Notes under the pieces: model-generated
Database searches by the model: none
Told to the model about the DNA's origin: nothing
What the model saw: only the letters and a program-made list of their open reading frames with translations
Shown here: one piece after another, positions 26,801 through 40,739 of the stretch
Numbering within the stretch: position 1 is the first letter of the stretch
Layout of the letters: each line of letters opens with the position of its first letter
Assembly (NCBI GenBank): GCA_051362555.1
Contig: CM120643.1
Span: 17,302,848-17,366,847, forward strand
Source: Lingula anatina
Lineage: Eukaryota; Animalia; Brachiopoda
Direction of reading: 5' to 3'
Length of the DNA: 64,000 bases
Translations under genes and position numbers: made by a program

Positions 26801-29800
26801 AGTTCTTTACTACCAAGTAGCTGTATGTTAAACAACAGAGAAGGCATTTCTTTTAGGGATTCAGAGTTTCAGATTTGACAGAGAAAAACACTCTCTTCAG
26901 ACCAGACATCCCTTTAATGTTGATAATTTACATGTCATGTTTTATATGACGTTGATATGATGTTTATCATACAAAGCAGGCTTCTTCTTTTGTTAAAAAA
27001 AATTATTATACAGTTATCTGTAAATTGCAGAGAAATTCATCAAATTTTGGTCCAAACTAAAGTGTTTCAAGCCTCCGTGTTCAAAGCAGGACCAGACCAG
27101 AGCCTATGTTGCACCTTCGGGCACGCGCCTTCAGGCATTTCGATAGTACGAGAGTCCTTCAGCCAGGTCAACACAAAACGCCGGCAGCAAGTGCCCGGTT
27201 AAGTGGTCCTCCATCTGGCGTACATTTCCCGGGCGTTTTGTTTAAAAGATTAAATAATCAAGGCTGCATAAAATAGTTAGAAACAGAAGAGGGTAATGAA
27301 GGTTTAGAACCGAAATTCCAGACATCACCGCAGAGATCTGTTACTGATCCAATTTCCTTCAGAACCGTGCTCGTGTTGTCTATGAAAACACGGGGCTGAA
27401 GGCTAACACGGGGCTAACACGGGTTAATATCACAGAATGAAATGTAATAGCCGTGTTGAACACAAGACCCGACATCCCAACCTTTTCCAACTATTAGAAG
27501 CGTGTTTGATCTAACAATAATCCAAACTTTGCTCAATTGCACGCCTCGAAATTCTCCCCACGTGCGCGTCTGGGTGTTAATAGTAACAGAAGGGTTTAAG
27601 GTGAAGCCAGTGAGTAAACTTGTCTGAACTCTGGGCACGGAGAGAAGAAGAGGGGATCCCGCGGGGAATGCCCCAATAAGTCTAGGGCGCCTATAAATAA
27701 CGCTGTAATCTTACGGAAGACGTAGACGACGTCGCATAGTGTCTTCTGTACAACTCTCAGTCAAGGGGGCGTATAATTCCATCAAAAGCGCCGGAAACTT
27801 GTATCAACTTCTTTGCCTTCAAAGAGCTATTCTTTATTTCTTAGATTTATTGGATTAAATACACAGCTGTTTGATACTGCACAAATCAAGAAATATCAGT
27901 CTCTGCACGATCACCGGAAACCGTAAACCGGTATTGAAATGTATTTTAAGCCTTTAGTCTCTACTAGGCCCAAAGGCCACTCTATGGTTATTGTTACCAT
28001 TGCATTAGTAGAAAATGCACCAAATAAAGTTAGTGTTGAGTAAAATGTAAATTAGGTTGACCAAAAAAGAGGAAACAGGCGGAATAAATTTAGCTTCAAA
28101 ATTCCACCAAAAAATTCAGCTGATGATTAAGTTCGTAAATATGATTGTTTCTACACATATAGGTCTAAAAGACATACGGCACACGGTCTTTTCTAAGGTG
28201 GCACGATATACTTTCGATAAGAAATAGTTTGATTAAAATACAGAAATTATTTAGTAAAAACCAAGGCACGAATAAATAAATTGATGGATAAATAAATAAA
28301 AAAAAAAAAAACGTCTGAAATTTCATTGGTTAAAAGATGCGTAAAGGCAGCATTCACTACAGCGGACTAACTAGTCCGCACATCAAACATGGCTGACCCA
28401 CTTGATGCTTGTTGCGTGACCCCTGCGGGGAAACTATTCAGTGTCTGTTAGGGAATGGCTTTTACGTAAGTCCACTGTTCTGAATGTGGCCAAAGAATTG
28501 TTCAAGATATAAGTGAAAATGTGTTAACTTACCCCTAGAGAGTGATACTGCTCCAGGTCGCTGAGCACCTTCATGCCTAGTTTCCCCGGCGACACACGCA
28601 GAACCTGATATCTTGAAAGGAAAAATAAGATTTGTTGACATATCTTGTGAAGAAGGGAACTAACAAGAAATAGGTGTGGACTAAGACAATTATGTGTCTT
28701 TGTAAACATGCCTGTTAAAGATGCCCAATGGACATAAATACGTCTATAAAATAGAAAAGTGGGAAGAGAAAGATCTTATAACAGTTAACCAAACAGATGA
28801 ACGTATGTCTACATAAAGGGCCTATTGCATTAGTTTTACCTACAGTTTAGCGAGAAAACGAGTGAAAAGCAGTCAGACGGACGGACAGACAAACAGACGG
28901 ACTGACGTGCAGATAAGCGGGCATGAAGATGGACAAACAGACAGACGGACGAATGGTTACGAGGACTGAGGAGTGATCGGGCAGATAGACAGACGATAAT
29001 TAATCCATTCTAATCCCAGACAAAAACGAATAAATTTCTAAATCGTGTGGATGAAATAAGAGCTGAAGCAGCATGGGTGGCCGTCATTCAAACAACCTCG
29101 CAACAATTCCTGAACATGTTGGCCACAGGTGCTGTCTTGCAGCAAATAATATATATGCCTGGTGGTGAACCCACAACTGCATTCGTTTTGTTTCTAAACG
29201 GTTATTCCATTAGTCCGTAGTCACCAAGCATACAAAGTCAATAACCCCTTTGCTTTTTGATTGGTTTTGAATTGGTTTGGACACAACGTGCTATGTGGTC
29301 TTTGCAAGCGTTTAACTTCCTACTGGGGGAATTGTTTGAGCTACCACAGTATATTTCCCCAACCAACACACACAATTACCTGCAGCGCTCTGGCGGACCT
29401 TACTGCAAGGCAATAAGACCCCCCAAATGTACGTGCAATTAGCGTGATATATATATATATTTTCTGTGTTTCAACCACCACTGGCAAACATGCAGCTTGG
29501 GAAGTAATTTCCTGATTGGCGCGCTTGAGTGAGGCTTTGGCACACATACCAGAGGAGGGGGTAACAAAAAGATTAAAAAAAAAAAGTTGCGTTGTTTCAC
29601 ACGGCATATATAATACATTAGACGAGGAAAATTTCGTTATAATATGTAGGGAAACACGGGTTCTGACAAGTTTCTCATTATATGTAGATGACCCCCTCCC
29701 CGTAACCCTCCCCCAGGGACCCGCCATCCACACACACACACACCGAATATACAGAGGATGTGTTTGGAATACGTGTAGGAGCCAGTTTTAACAAATTCAG

Positions 29801-30331
29801 ACCAAAATTTTGGTCCTAACTTTTGTGGATTGTGTGAAAATAAAGACCAAGAATGAGAAATTAATTTGGGGAAACTGAAAAGCTGGTAGAGATTATCCTT
29901 ACTGTCACCATTGCAGGTTTGTATAACTGCTCCGATATGTACTTAGTTTTATTCATTTTCTTCACCGATGGATATTGTGGTCCAGTATGGGATAAAGAGT
30001 AATCAGCGAGTTGAGAACAGAGATTTAGCAACTCGTTATTCACTCCTCGTCAACCTGTAATCGTTATATTATATTATTATACCCATCAGTAACACATGAA
30101 AACCGTTTATATTTGAATGCTTGTCAATTAACACTACATCACTAACAAAAATTTGATGGATTGTCTCATGCAAATGTCATCGTTCATAAATGCCTAAATA
30201 GCAGTTCACCAAGACAACGTTCCACCGCAGAAATTATACTTAATGGCCTAAAACAGCATCATCACGAAACAACAAGCTCCAATCAATTTCTATCGAGACG
30301 GAAATTCTAATTATTATTATTATTATTATTA

Positions 30332-30365
<34 letters not shown>

Positions 30366-33300
30366 ATATAATAATAATAATAATAATCAAACAATTTATA
30401 ATTTATAAGATGAAACGTAGTAGGATAATTCTTTTTTTCTATTTTTATTTTCCTTTGGACAAGGGGCGCTGACTGAGGAACATGAATCTGACCACATCAC
30501 GTATGACACGCCCATTGCATTCAGCAAACCACCGGACTGTGAAATTTCAAGTCAAAGCCTTCACTTTGATTTTATAGCCGGCTGGCATCGCTTAGTCGAC
30601 TTTACTTACCTACCATCTGTACGGGTCGCTCGCATCCGACAATATTTATCATTTGTCTAAGCGATTTAAAGCGTTTCGGGCCACAACGTGTTTACCAGAT
30701 TCTCGCGGTTGCCCGCAAATTCTAACAAGATTCAAAAACACCGAGTTCAGATATCTGAGGTTCGTTTTCGAAAAAAATGCCATTAAAAAAGAAAGAACAA
30801 TACATGTAAGGAAGGAAAAAAACAGAAAAGGAGGAAGACGGAAAACTACAGAAATACAGATTGAGATTCATCTCATTTTAGTTTTAAACCACAAAATGGA
30901 AGTAAAACGCACATCTCTTCGTGACATTTACAGGAAATAATGAGCTTAAAAACGCCTCAGAAACCAGAAGTCTACGTGCTAGACTAGTAAAAACCAATCG
31001 AGCTTTTAGTTTTCAACGGTAATCGGTTTGTACCCTGTCATTGCTTCTTAAATTAATTACAGGATGTTCTAGCTTTCGATCGAAACTGAGCTATCTCAGG
31101 ATGACATCTGGACAGATGCACGATCTTTCCCCATATCAAAGCACCCAATATGCCACATTTGCCGTGTCATCCTCTTAAACAGAGCACAATGACAGCTGTA
31201 AAAATCGTGCCATCTAGCAGCGTTTTTGGCACGTTATATCATACGGCCGTTTTGCAAGTTGAATTTGCCATTCTCCATTGGCACTGCAATAACGTATAAA
31301 GGAACGCTAAATTACACATGGATGATAAAGACACGTCAATATCTTCTGTTAATTTCTAATAAAACGCATCGCAAGCAGGTTGTAAATGACAAAAGTTCTG
31401 TTTAAGTGCGTGGTCAATAAAATGCTGACCTTGTTTCACCCCTCGTATGATCGCATATTGACAGAGACGCTTTCGGCATTCATTTGCAACAGAGAGGAAA
31501 ATCCGCGATGCTCACGAGTAATCTGAGTGGAAAAATCTCGTCTGCAAACAAACCGTAACCTCGGACGATCTTCCAAGTGTTTGAAGACAATTCTGCCTTT
31601 TCTTGACTTTCTTCTGCTTTTACTAAGCGATATGCTATTTTCAGAAGAGATGTCAATCAGGCGTAGCTTTGATGTAAAGCTAATAGTGGATGCGGTACGA
31701 TTCCAGGAGGAAGTGGAATCTTATTGTTTCATGACTTATAACGGTAACAGTAAGGCGGACTGACATATTTTATTTAGTCCTCAAAGACCATTTGTCTGAT
31801 AGATGTAACATTACAGATTACTTCCAATAAAAAGAGAACGTGACAATACAAAAGACAGATGGTTACCAGGCTGATGTGCAAATTACTTCTTTAACAATGC
31901 CAAGAGATAAACGACAAACCATGAGAAGGGGGAAGCACATCACGCCCCTCCTCCCACCCCGAAACTTGCTTCCCTTTGCAGTCTTTTGGGATGCGTTTAC
32001 TCAAACCGGTTCACGTCTTAAACACTCCACTAGTTAACCAAAGTAACTAGCCATTGTCTAATACGCTCTTAGCAGAAAATACCACTCTCACCTGAGAATG
32101 ATGTTAAGGTCCAGCACAGAGTATATCTGTGAGATTTATCAAGATGTGAACAATACCTGAACAAGAATTTAGGATCCAGATCTAATGGAACATAAGGGGG
32201 AAAGTGGTCATCTGCAAAAACTCAGAAGAAGGAGACATAGATTAAAGACCTGCTTGGCTGAGCCGCAGGTAAAAACCAGAGTAATACCTCTCCCCCCCCA
32301 TATAAATACCCCTAACAAGCAAACAGACGTGCAGCCCTACAAGCAAGTCCTCTGGCGACAGGTTATTAGAAGTATCAATCAAGCAATCGAACTAACAATT
32401 TCCTTCGCTCTGTCATTTGTCAATCGGGTTCGAAATTAAAGCTCACCAAAGCGTTGGAGTGACAATCATTAGCCGCTTGTCTGCAGCACGGTTCACAAAC
32501 ATGTCCAATTTCACAGTGGTATTACCTTCTTATTGAATTCCATGAGGGTGATAATTTCAAGAATACGTGCGACTTAGCAAAAGACCACTGACTTAGTCAT
32601 TTCTCTAGGTGGAAATATTGAATACTTATGAGCATAATACTCACCCCTTCAAAGGTCGGGAATATCAACCTGACTTTTTAGCTTACACGTGGGGCTAGAT
32701 TTTTTTAAACAAACAACTTCGCCGTACCAACTGAACCCAAAATCACATCTTTTAAAGGTAAACATTATTTAAATTCGCCTTCCAATAGTTTTGGAACAAA
32801 AATGGCTGACGACAGCCGGGTGAGAAGTTAGATGCATTGTCTTCTCAAAAGTGCGTTGATACGAGAACTGATATTATAAGTACACAGTCTTTACTAATTT
32901 CTGTTAAGATAAAAGGAGACATCGCAAGGAAGGACCTAAATGCCAAACTGATTATACTTGTATTAACTTGTTTTGAAGAACAAGAGCGAATTCAGAATTC
33001 GTAATGTCAAACTTATTAGTGCAATAGATTCACACTGCTGCATATGAGATCAGTATGCTCAGTTTTCATCATTGAACCAACCTATCGTTGCTTTGGTCTT
33101 CTTTGTTAATTACATGTGCTATCTTTATCAAGTGTGTCTGTTGAGGCGCGTTCATAGCAAAGTTAGGTCGACCCTAAATATAATATATGCTGCTAACCAA
33201 ATCTGCGTGACCAGACGTGTCGCACGGGAATTGGTTTAAAAACCAAGGAGGATCGGTCCAAGTTGATTGCAAACGCGAATAGGTGTTTCTTATGTATGTG

Positions 33301-35187
33301 TGTCTTAATAGGTGCGAAACAATATCACCTGTGCGTCATCCCCGTCTCCTCTCCATGCCATATGGTGTAGGGAAACAGGTAAAATGACTGCTGTCGCCCT
33401 CCGGAATCACAACATTATAAGTCAATGACGAAACAATTGCCAGAATGGTAAGTCTATGCACTTCCCTAAATCACAGCCGCCGTGGCCCTTCCCATATACC
33501 ATGAACAAAATGACGAATCGGTATTATGTCCAAGCTTAAACTACCTCTTTCCCTCAGCCCCCCTCCAGCCCATGCTCCAACTCTTGTAGCCGTGGCAATG
33601 AAAGCCAAACGTTACGTTTGACTGTACAAGATACGGCTGGAAAAGGGGTTTTGTAGCTGTAAACCAGCCCAGTTAAACACATCATTCCTCTCGTTTATTA
33701 AAGCTGCAAAATTTATCTAATTAAATCTTATATGTTTACGTTAGAAAGTCTCTCGACGAAATCGGGAGAGATGACAGGTCTGTATAATTATGTCAAAGTG
33801 TGAAATTTTTGATTGGCGAGCGTGTGTCACTTGCGTCTTAGATTGGTCGCTTTTTGTTGACGACGTCGATACAAGGAATGCTTTGTCACTGTAGCGGATC
33901 AGAGCAGGGGAAAAATGGTTTATTGGTAATCTGACCATTTTTGGGTCTTACTGTATAAGATTTATTTGCGCAGCTACGTTATAAAGGCATATCAACAACG
34001 GACCCTTTCTGACATAATTGGATGAGTTGTCGTTGGCTGGGCCATGAAGTATTGGTAGACATTCATCTCAACCTTTCCCCTAGGGTTGCAAGTTATTTCT
34101 CGACCCTTCTTGTTGGCCAGTGTCGAAGAGCCATGACTTCACGGCCTATGACGTCACACGCTACCCCCATAGTTTCCTGAAGTCTTTCATTAGTGATTCA
34201 AGTCCGGATTTAGCACGACTTCACACTTAGATATTTCGCACATTCATTGAGTGATAATTTCCTAAATGTTCCATATTAAAGATCATTGATAAATGGTGCA
34301 TATCAGGACACATAAAGACGGGACATTAAGAAGATAGACGTCGATCGACTAAATATCGACGTTTTTATGACGTCATTTAGAGGTCGACTAAATGAAGTCA
34401 CAGGAACGTTGGAAATTAGCCCCCCAGTATGAGACAATCAGCGTACATGTTCATTTGTAGGTAGTACCGGGTACATTCTGGTGAGGGGTGCTTTGTCCTA
34501 TATCGTTGGTATATTAAAGACGTTATCTAACCGCTTTTTTGTTAGTTTGTGGTTTTGGGGGAGGGGGGAAGCAGTGTAAGTACACTGACCAAACAAAAAG
34601 TGCAGGCATGTACAGTACTCTATTTATATCAACATATACGTAAGGCCACCAAATATTAACAATAAACAGCAAGTTCATTCACTGGATTGCATTACTTCTA
34701 AATTGTTAATGGAGCATATTGCCTGCAAAGCCGCGCGGATAAACGATATCAAAACACGGAATCACTTCAACGTAAGATATTTAACCATCAGCACAAACAA
34801 GATATTGTCAAAACAGAATGTTAACATTTATATCTGTAAGTGTTCATAACAACTGATATGTGCCACACACTCAACTCAATGTAATTCTTATACATGCATA
34901 TTATTCACTTTTGGTGTTTCGACAGAAAAATAAATGCAAAGCGAAGATCATGCAGTAACTGCCACGAAAACCCAAACATATGTGGATATTAAATGACGAG
35001 TATGTACTGTATAACAATATATGAAATGCCTAAACAAAAAGGACTATTTCCTAAATACCAAGGCGACTTACTCGTCGAATCTCTTGACTGCGTCATCTCC
35101 CTGGTCGTTTTCTTCTAGAGGATAGGCCAAAGAAGAACCCAGCACAAGTAGCGAGACCAAGAACGTATGGTGCCAAGACAGCAGCAT
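17467..35187 (-). CDS. Secreted M14A zinc metallocarboxypeptidase (CPA/CPB-like) with activation propeptide, 11 coding exons
   Basis: Exons in frame: 35187-35072 (signal peptide MLLSWHHTFLVSLLVLGSSLA), 28611-28533, 26523-26390, 23449-23338, 22892-22791, 22481-22371, 21786-21676, 19301-19208, 18552-18326, 18069-17985, 17684-17467. Motifs IDFW (propeptide), DAGIHGREW (HxxE), NPDGY, RLWRKTR, GVDANRNF, HSYSQ, ELRDTG. Confidence 0.92.
20384..20832 (+). repeat. Interspersed ~430-bp repeat beginning with (GA)n, copy 1
   Basis: Near-identical to 41832-42272 (gagaatcatacttatctagagaaaaacattaaacatg ... gacctccattgatggctatac). Confidence 0.85.
21884..22120. mobile_element. Palindromic MITE (half copy at ~48126-48240)
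   Basis: Inverted arms tctccaaggggattctcgctaaattgct / agcaatttagcaagaaaccccttggaga and ctactgaagctgcta / tagcagcttcagtag. The left arm recurs at 48126. Confidence 0.7.
26580..26780. repeat. Degenerate tetranucleotide (GACT/GATT) microsatellite; similar (GACA/GACG) tract at ~28870-28995
   Basis: Direct inspection. Confidence 0.7.
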
Positions 35188-37531
35188 GTTTTTTTCCTCA
35201 GATTAAAACAGTTCCTCACTTTAGAAGTTTACAACGGAACAACCGCCTTGGCGTTAGAAACATTCACTTCAACAGTGCGTTTTTTTTCTCTTTAGGTTCC
35301 CGCTGGACCAACCACCTGGTCGGCCAACACGCTCAGTTCGTTGCAGTCTCTGTGAAAAGTCGATAAAACTGGCTCACACGTTCTTCTAGGCGTTTATAAA
35401 GACAAAAAATTACTTAATTTTACACCACCGGAGTGTTCATTAGCACTGTAATGTTCAAGGGGTGTGAACAATCGGTAAAACGCTGGAGGAATGGCGTTCT
35501 TTTTCACAGCAATGTCCTTTAATCTTTCTCCAAAGATGCTCTACGTGATGCCAAGATCTCGACACTGTGCTGAGCAGGTCTGAGCAGGTCTTCCAACTTC
35601 GTGGGTAAAAGCTGACGTCCACTGCGAAACCAAACGTGACTCAGAATGAATGAAACACGTGCATTATTCCCCCATTTATAATTTTTAGGCGTAAAGTTTG
35701 ATTTGTATTCATCGGTGCCATTCCTATAGCCGCGTGGTTTCACGGTGACGTCTTAACACACTGGCCTAAGTATAACTTACGAGGGAAATTTGACTCCACT
35801 GCTTTCCGGAAGTTTTCCGTGAAGCGTGTAAAAGCGGGTTCACACAACAAAATTGGAACGGATCCGGCATCGTTCCATTTCACTTCAGTTTTTATCGAAG
35901 CTGAATATAGGGTTCTCGCGATCTCCACTCCAGCAGCAGGCTACGTGGTGGAATGCAGTGAAGCTATCTTGATGTGTGCTGTATGGCCACCGTAGTATCA
36001 CTGCTGTCGCTGATTGCGTAAAAAGGAACGCTAAACAAACCTTAATGTTTTACTCAGTGTGAACGCGCTTCGAGTCAGCTGACATTCAGTCGTAATTCAG
36101 GCTTGGTTTGCTGTGTATGTACATAACTTATTAACTGAACTTCTCGCTTTGACATCGCGGAACAATGTAGTGTTTACACACTAAAACTGCGACATATTTG
36201 ATCACATCTTTTTCCCCCTTCCTTCTTTATTCTTTTTTTTTCTACATATAATTTTGCGCTTTCATATAGACGAATATCTTTTGAATTAGGAAGAAATTGA
36301 AATACAGCATCCTAAAGATTGTACACAAGCAATGTACCAGTTCGAAGCTTATATTTGAACCAGAATTAACTCAAATACAAAAAGCCTCACTAATTTCACT
36401 ATCTTTTAAGGATGTCTCATTTATATTTTTTCACATTAAACAGCATGACCTTAACATATCCCTAATTTCATTGCTAAAATATAGTTTGGAGATATGGAGT
36501 TAATCATTATTCTTTGGGTGTAGTGGGTAATTTCCGCAGAGCTGGTGTTCGAAAATAATTACGCCAGTTAATCATAACAAAACAATTCAGCCTATGAATC
36601 AAGACACACAAAAAAGGGATAATATTTGAACAAAGAGTTAAAGGATCATATCATCTGAAAAGTGCAAGTCAATGCAGCGTTTACACACCAGAAAAAAACG
36701 AACACACTTTGAACTGAGGGGTATTTGCAATATCGTTACGCCTACGAATAGGAATAATCATATATTTCCTTGATTTATCCGCGGCCGGTAATCGCGTTAA
36801 ACGCTACGACTCTGGAGAATCAGCGGCACCACGGTGCGTCGGCTGCCAGCCACGAGGGTTAATTCTATGTACAAAATGTAATCTGTTTACATCCTTTATT
36901 ATAGAAAAAGTCGCTCGGCCGACGACGAGAGATTCACCCCACGTTTTCATTTTATTAATCTGAACACGACAGCCATGCAATATCTTCCCGCTGGAGGCGA
37001 GGATTAAATGTAATGGTAAAGGAAATATCCGACAGGGTTTAGCCGTTTCTTGGAACTTTGAGACTGCAAGAGTTGCGTAACTTAAGAACAGTGACGTAAG
37101 TTTACCGACTTAGACACGATTTCAAACGCCACCGTGCCAATTTTATATTGATTGGACGCGAGCTGGTCTGCGTTCACAATAACCGCAGAACCTGCGATGT
37201 AAATGACGTAAACAGCTTTGTTTTAAGTGAATCCATAGGTACCTGATTTTTCAGTCAATTGTAATGGATCGTCTCACAGGGCCAAACCCAAAACTGTCTC
37301 ATGAAATCGTTCTAGTTGGGCCAAGTGTGAAAGCGCCCCTCTTCTCTTCTCAATAGAATTGCTGGCTTGTCTACATTATCGCGGAGTTTTGACATTCTCA
37401 TTTGCAAGAGAGAGAGAGAGAGAAAGCGGCGAACTATCATTTATTTCATCTTTGACAAGAAATTGTTTTCAAGCTTTTTGCTCGCTGGATTACGAAACAC
37501 TTCAAGTGACATTGTTTTTCATTATCTCTCT

Positions 37532-37569
<38 letters not shown>

Positions 37570-39878
37570 TGGGGTGGGGTTGAAAAAAATTAAAACCAGT
37601 CCAGAGCTTACCCACCAACAAGCCCCCTCCGCAACGCTCACTCGGGTTTAATCAAGAACCCATTACTAGATAGTTAACTGGTAATGATGCTGACTGGCTA
37701 GCTTGGCTGACCACATTGGAGAGCTTTACCAGGGAAAGAAATACTGGTTTAACATGCCTGAGCGTTGTGGTCTTCGAATCTTCGGTCTTCTAAAATTTCA
37801 TGGCAGCCGTAATTTGTGTATTTGGTCGCATTCAGACCAGGTTGATCGCGGACTAACTTGAAAGGTTGTCGCCTAATCCCCTAATAGGTTCTTAATAGTT
37901 TCCTCACGGACATTAGGCGGTAAACTTTCAAGTGGGTCGGCCATATTTGATTAGGGATCTGTTAGTCCAAGGATCTACCTCTGTTGTGAATGCGGCCTTT
38001 GTAGACATTCACCCATTAGTTGTACTTGCAGATAATATCGTGATTCAAACACCCCGAGTTTCAGAGATTACTGCAGATTACTGTCTTGCTGCCACTCAAA
38101 CTCAGGCTTGGATCAAGTGCATCTGTTCTTTCATTAAATTTAATCCAGTGGATTCAAATTCAATTCAAAGAATTAACACGCCTAAATACAAAAACGATTT
38201 ATAACACAACTTTTCATGCTGAATATCGACCAAAACTTGCTTTAAGATAGTCCCCAGTATCTACAGTCTTCCAGCTCAAAGGGCCTTAGTTTCGCAGTTC
38301 ATTTTCAGTTAAATATCATTTAACTAATTATATCTAATTTTTCCACGCTTACACAATTATGGTAAAAACGTCTAAGGTGAATTGTTTTCTTCATGTCAAT
38401 AACAGTCGGTTGATTCTCCCTCCGAATTTTAAAAAAGAAAATCTAAAAAGTTTTTAAAAGAATTGTATTTGACGAAACAAAAATTGCAGGAAAAAAGATA
38501 AAAGAAAAAAAAGGAATCCTAATTATCATCTCCCTCGTGGGCAGTCAGCTTTATCGTATTCACATATAAAGTGAGTTCCAGAGATCACTGCAGATTATCA
38601 GCATTCCTGTACTGTCCATATTTATTAGAATCTCAGAACTCGGGGTGAAATTGGAACAAATTTCAAACATAACGCAGTTTGAGTAAATTTCAAATTGTGG
38701 TCACATGACGAATACAAACTACATAAAAATCAGCAAACATAAATGAGAGATCAACACTAACGCCCCATATACCCTACTGTGAATTCTCTTTGTTTTGAGT
38801 TCAGCATTGGGCGTCTTCCTTTAAAATTGCTGCCGGCATAATGACCACATTTACAGACCCTAGGAAATGCTTACGACTTAATGACAGCTTAACTTCTTAT
38901 GTTAAATATCAGAAAACATTTTAATTGCTATGGTTAGATTAGTCAGCACCCGTGGACACAGCAGTATCGCCCCCTATAGTGCGTATGCGTAAGCAGACGC
39001 TCTATCCCGCCGCGCCCCCTATTGTGCAATTGCGTAAGCAACCATTCTATCAAATAGATCCTATGTGATATCTGGCTAGGGCCTGCCAAACTAATTTGGC
39101 GGGTCCCAGTTTCTGTTGAGGCACGCACACTGAGATTTGAGCATAACAGCAATGGTTGCCCACACCCTCTCAAATGCAGATCGTGAAATTACTAGTCAAT
39201 GGTTTGGCTTCATGTTACGGTTAATAAAATAACCATATATTTTAGAAAACACAAAGAGTTAGTCCTAACAAAGCACTTTTAATTTTTTTTCCTGAAAATG
39301 CCAACACTTCTCCCTTAATCACCAAGAAAAGTCGTATCCAAAAACAGCCAAACAGAAATACAATATATAAAACCATTGTTAAAGATCTAGCGATAAGTTT
39401 CTACTATTTGTCATTCACGTAGAGTGAATTTTAAATGTAATGACAGATATAATCAGAATTCAGACTTTGAAAATGGGTTTATTGATAGGACTTTTCTCAA
39501 TGGTTTAGAATGTAGTTGTAGTTGGTGATAAAGACAAATATCCAAGGAAATTATGTATAAATATGGGACCCAATGTGACTGAATTGCCCAATACTATATA
39601 ATTATACCATATATAGTTTTTCTAAATAAATTCCTAATGTGTAGTACCATGTAGCACAGCAATCCTGCAAGACAGATTTCTATTTCGCAAATTTTGCTGA
39701 CTCTGCTTGTCCTTTTCCTTTAGTATTTAAGTTCAAGGTTGTGGAACCCATTAGCCGAAAGTGTGTTGCGTATACCAGTATACTGGTAGATAGGTACATG
39801 TACTCCTGTCATTGTCTTTTTTTACACACAGTACACTCAAAAAGATATCTGCACGAAGTAACTCCCTGTACATAGCGT

Positions 39879-40030
39879 GGGTGTATGACAATAGTCCAAA
39901 AGTTCACTAATTAAACATATAGAACCTTTGAACCAACAAACTCTTATTGAAAGACGGATGAAAATGTTGCAAGTTTTGGGACTGATGAATCATTGGGCCA
40001 ATGGATCTTTGGACTGGCAAGACCCACCCC
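39879..40030. mobile_element. Degraded copy of the 6755-6912 MITE family
   Basis: caatagtcc..gttca..agaacctt..gatgaaaatgtt..caagac..cccc is colinear with the first copy. Confidence 0.55.
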
Positions 40031-40739
40031 AAATCTAGACTTTCTTTGTCCCATGTGCCCCAATAAAATATGTTCCTTATGCTGAGATACTGAACAGAAG
40101 GTTCACTAAGAACTTCATAATATGCAGAAAATGGAATCCATTAAACAATACATTCTTTGACCTCATCACACATTTGAACGTTAATAAATTCAATTTTGAC
40201 CAGGTCATGATCACATCATATATATATATACTAGTACAGTACACACTAGATTTTAGTCTCCTCAGTTTTATATATAAAACACAGCTCTACGTTGTTTTTG
40301 GCAGTTGCTCATGATCACAAGCTTCAAACACCTTACATATACAGTATACTCAGGCATATTCCAATACTGTCTTACTTCTAGCTTTCATATTTACATATAT
40401 TTAACAATTTAGTTACTTTCAAATACTCTTCTTACATAAACTTACATTTCCTGTTGGAATTTGCAAACAAAATTTTTAGGCATAGCTAGCAGTGGGCGTA
40501 TTCTCGAAGGTTTGCAGCTTTCCAAACTCTTATACCTGTACGTGGAATTGTAACTTTGAAACCTCAAGACTCTTGTAACTAACAGATTCAAGGGATGATC
40601 TTTGACATGTGACTCAATAGAAACAGAACTTTGTTTGAGGGCATGGATTTAATTAATAAATGCCAAGTAAATTAAAGATAAAATCAAGTAAAGTTATCTG
40701 ATTCCTTATAACACTCATCACACAACTCAACCTGCTATA

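Noticed and set aside
38943-38960. REST/RE1-like tcagcacc-cgt-ggaca
   Set aside because: Non-canonical 3-nt spacer with a poor right half, and REST may be absent from this lineage.
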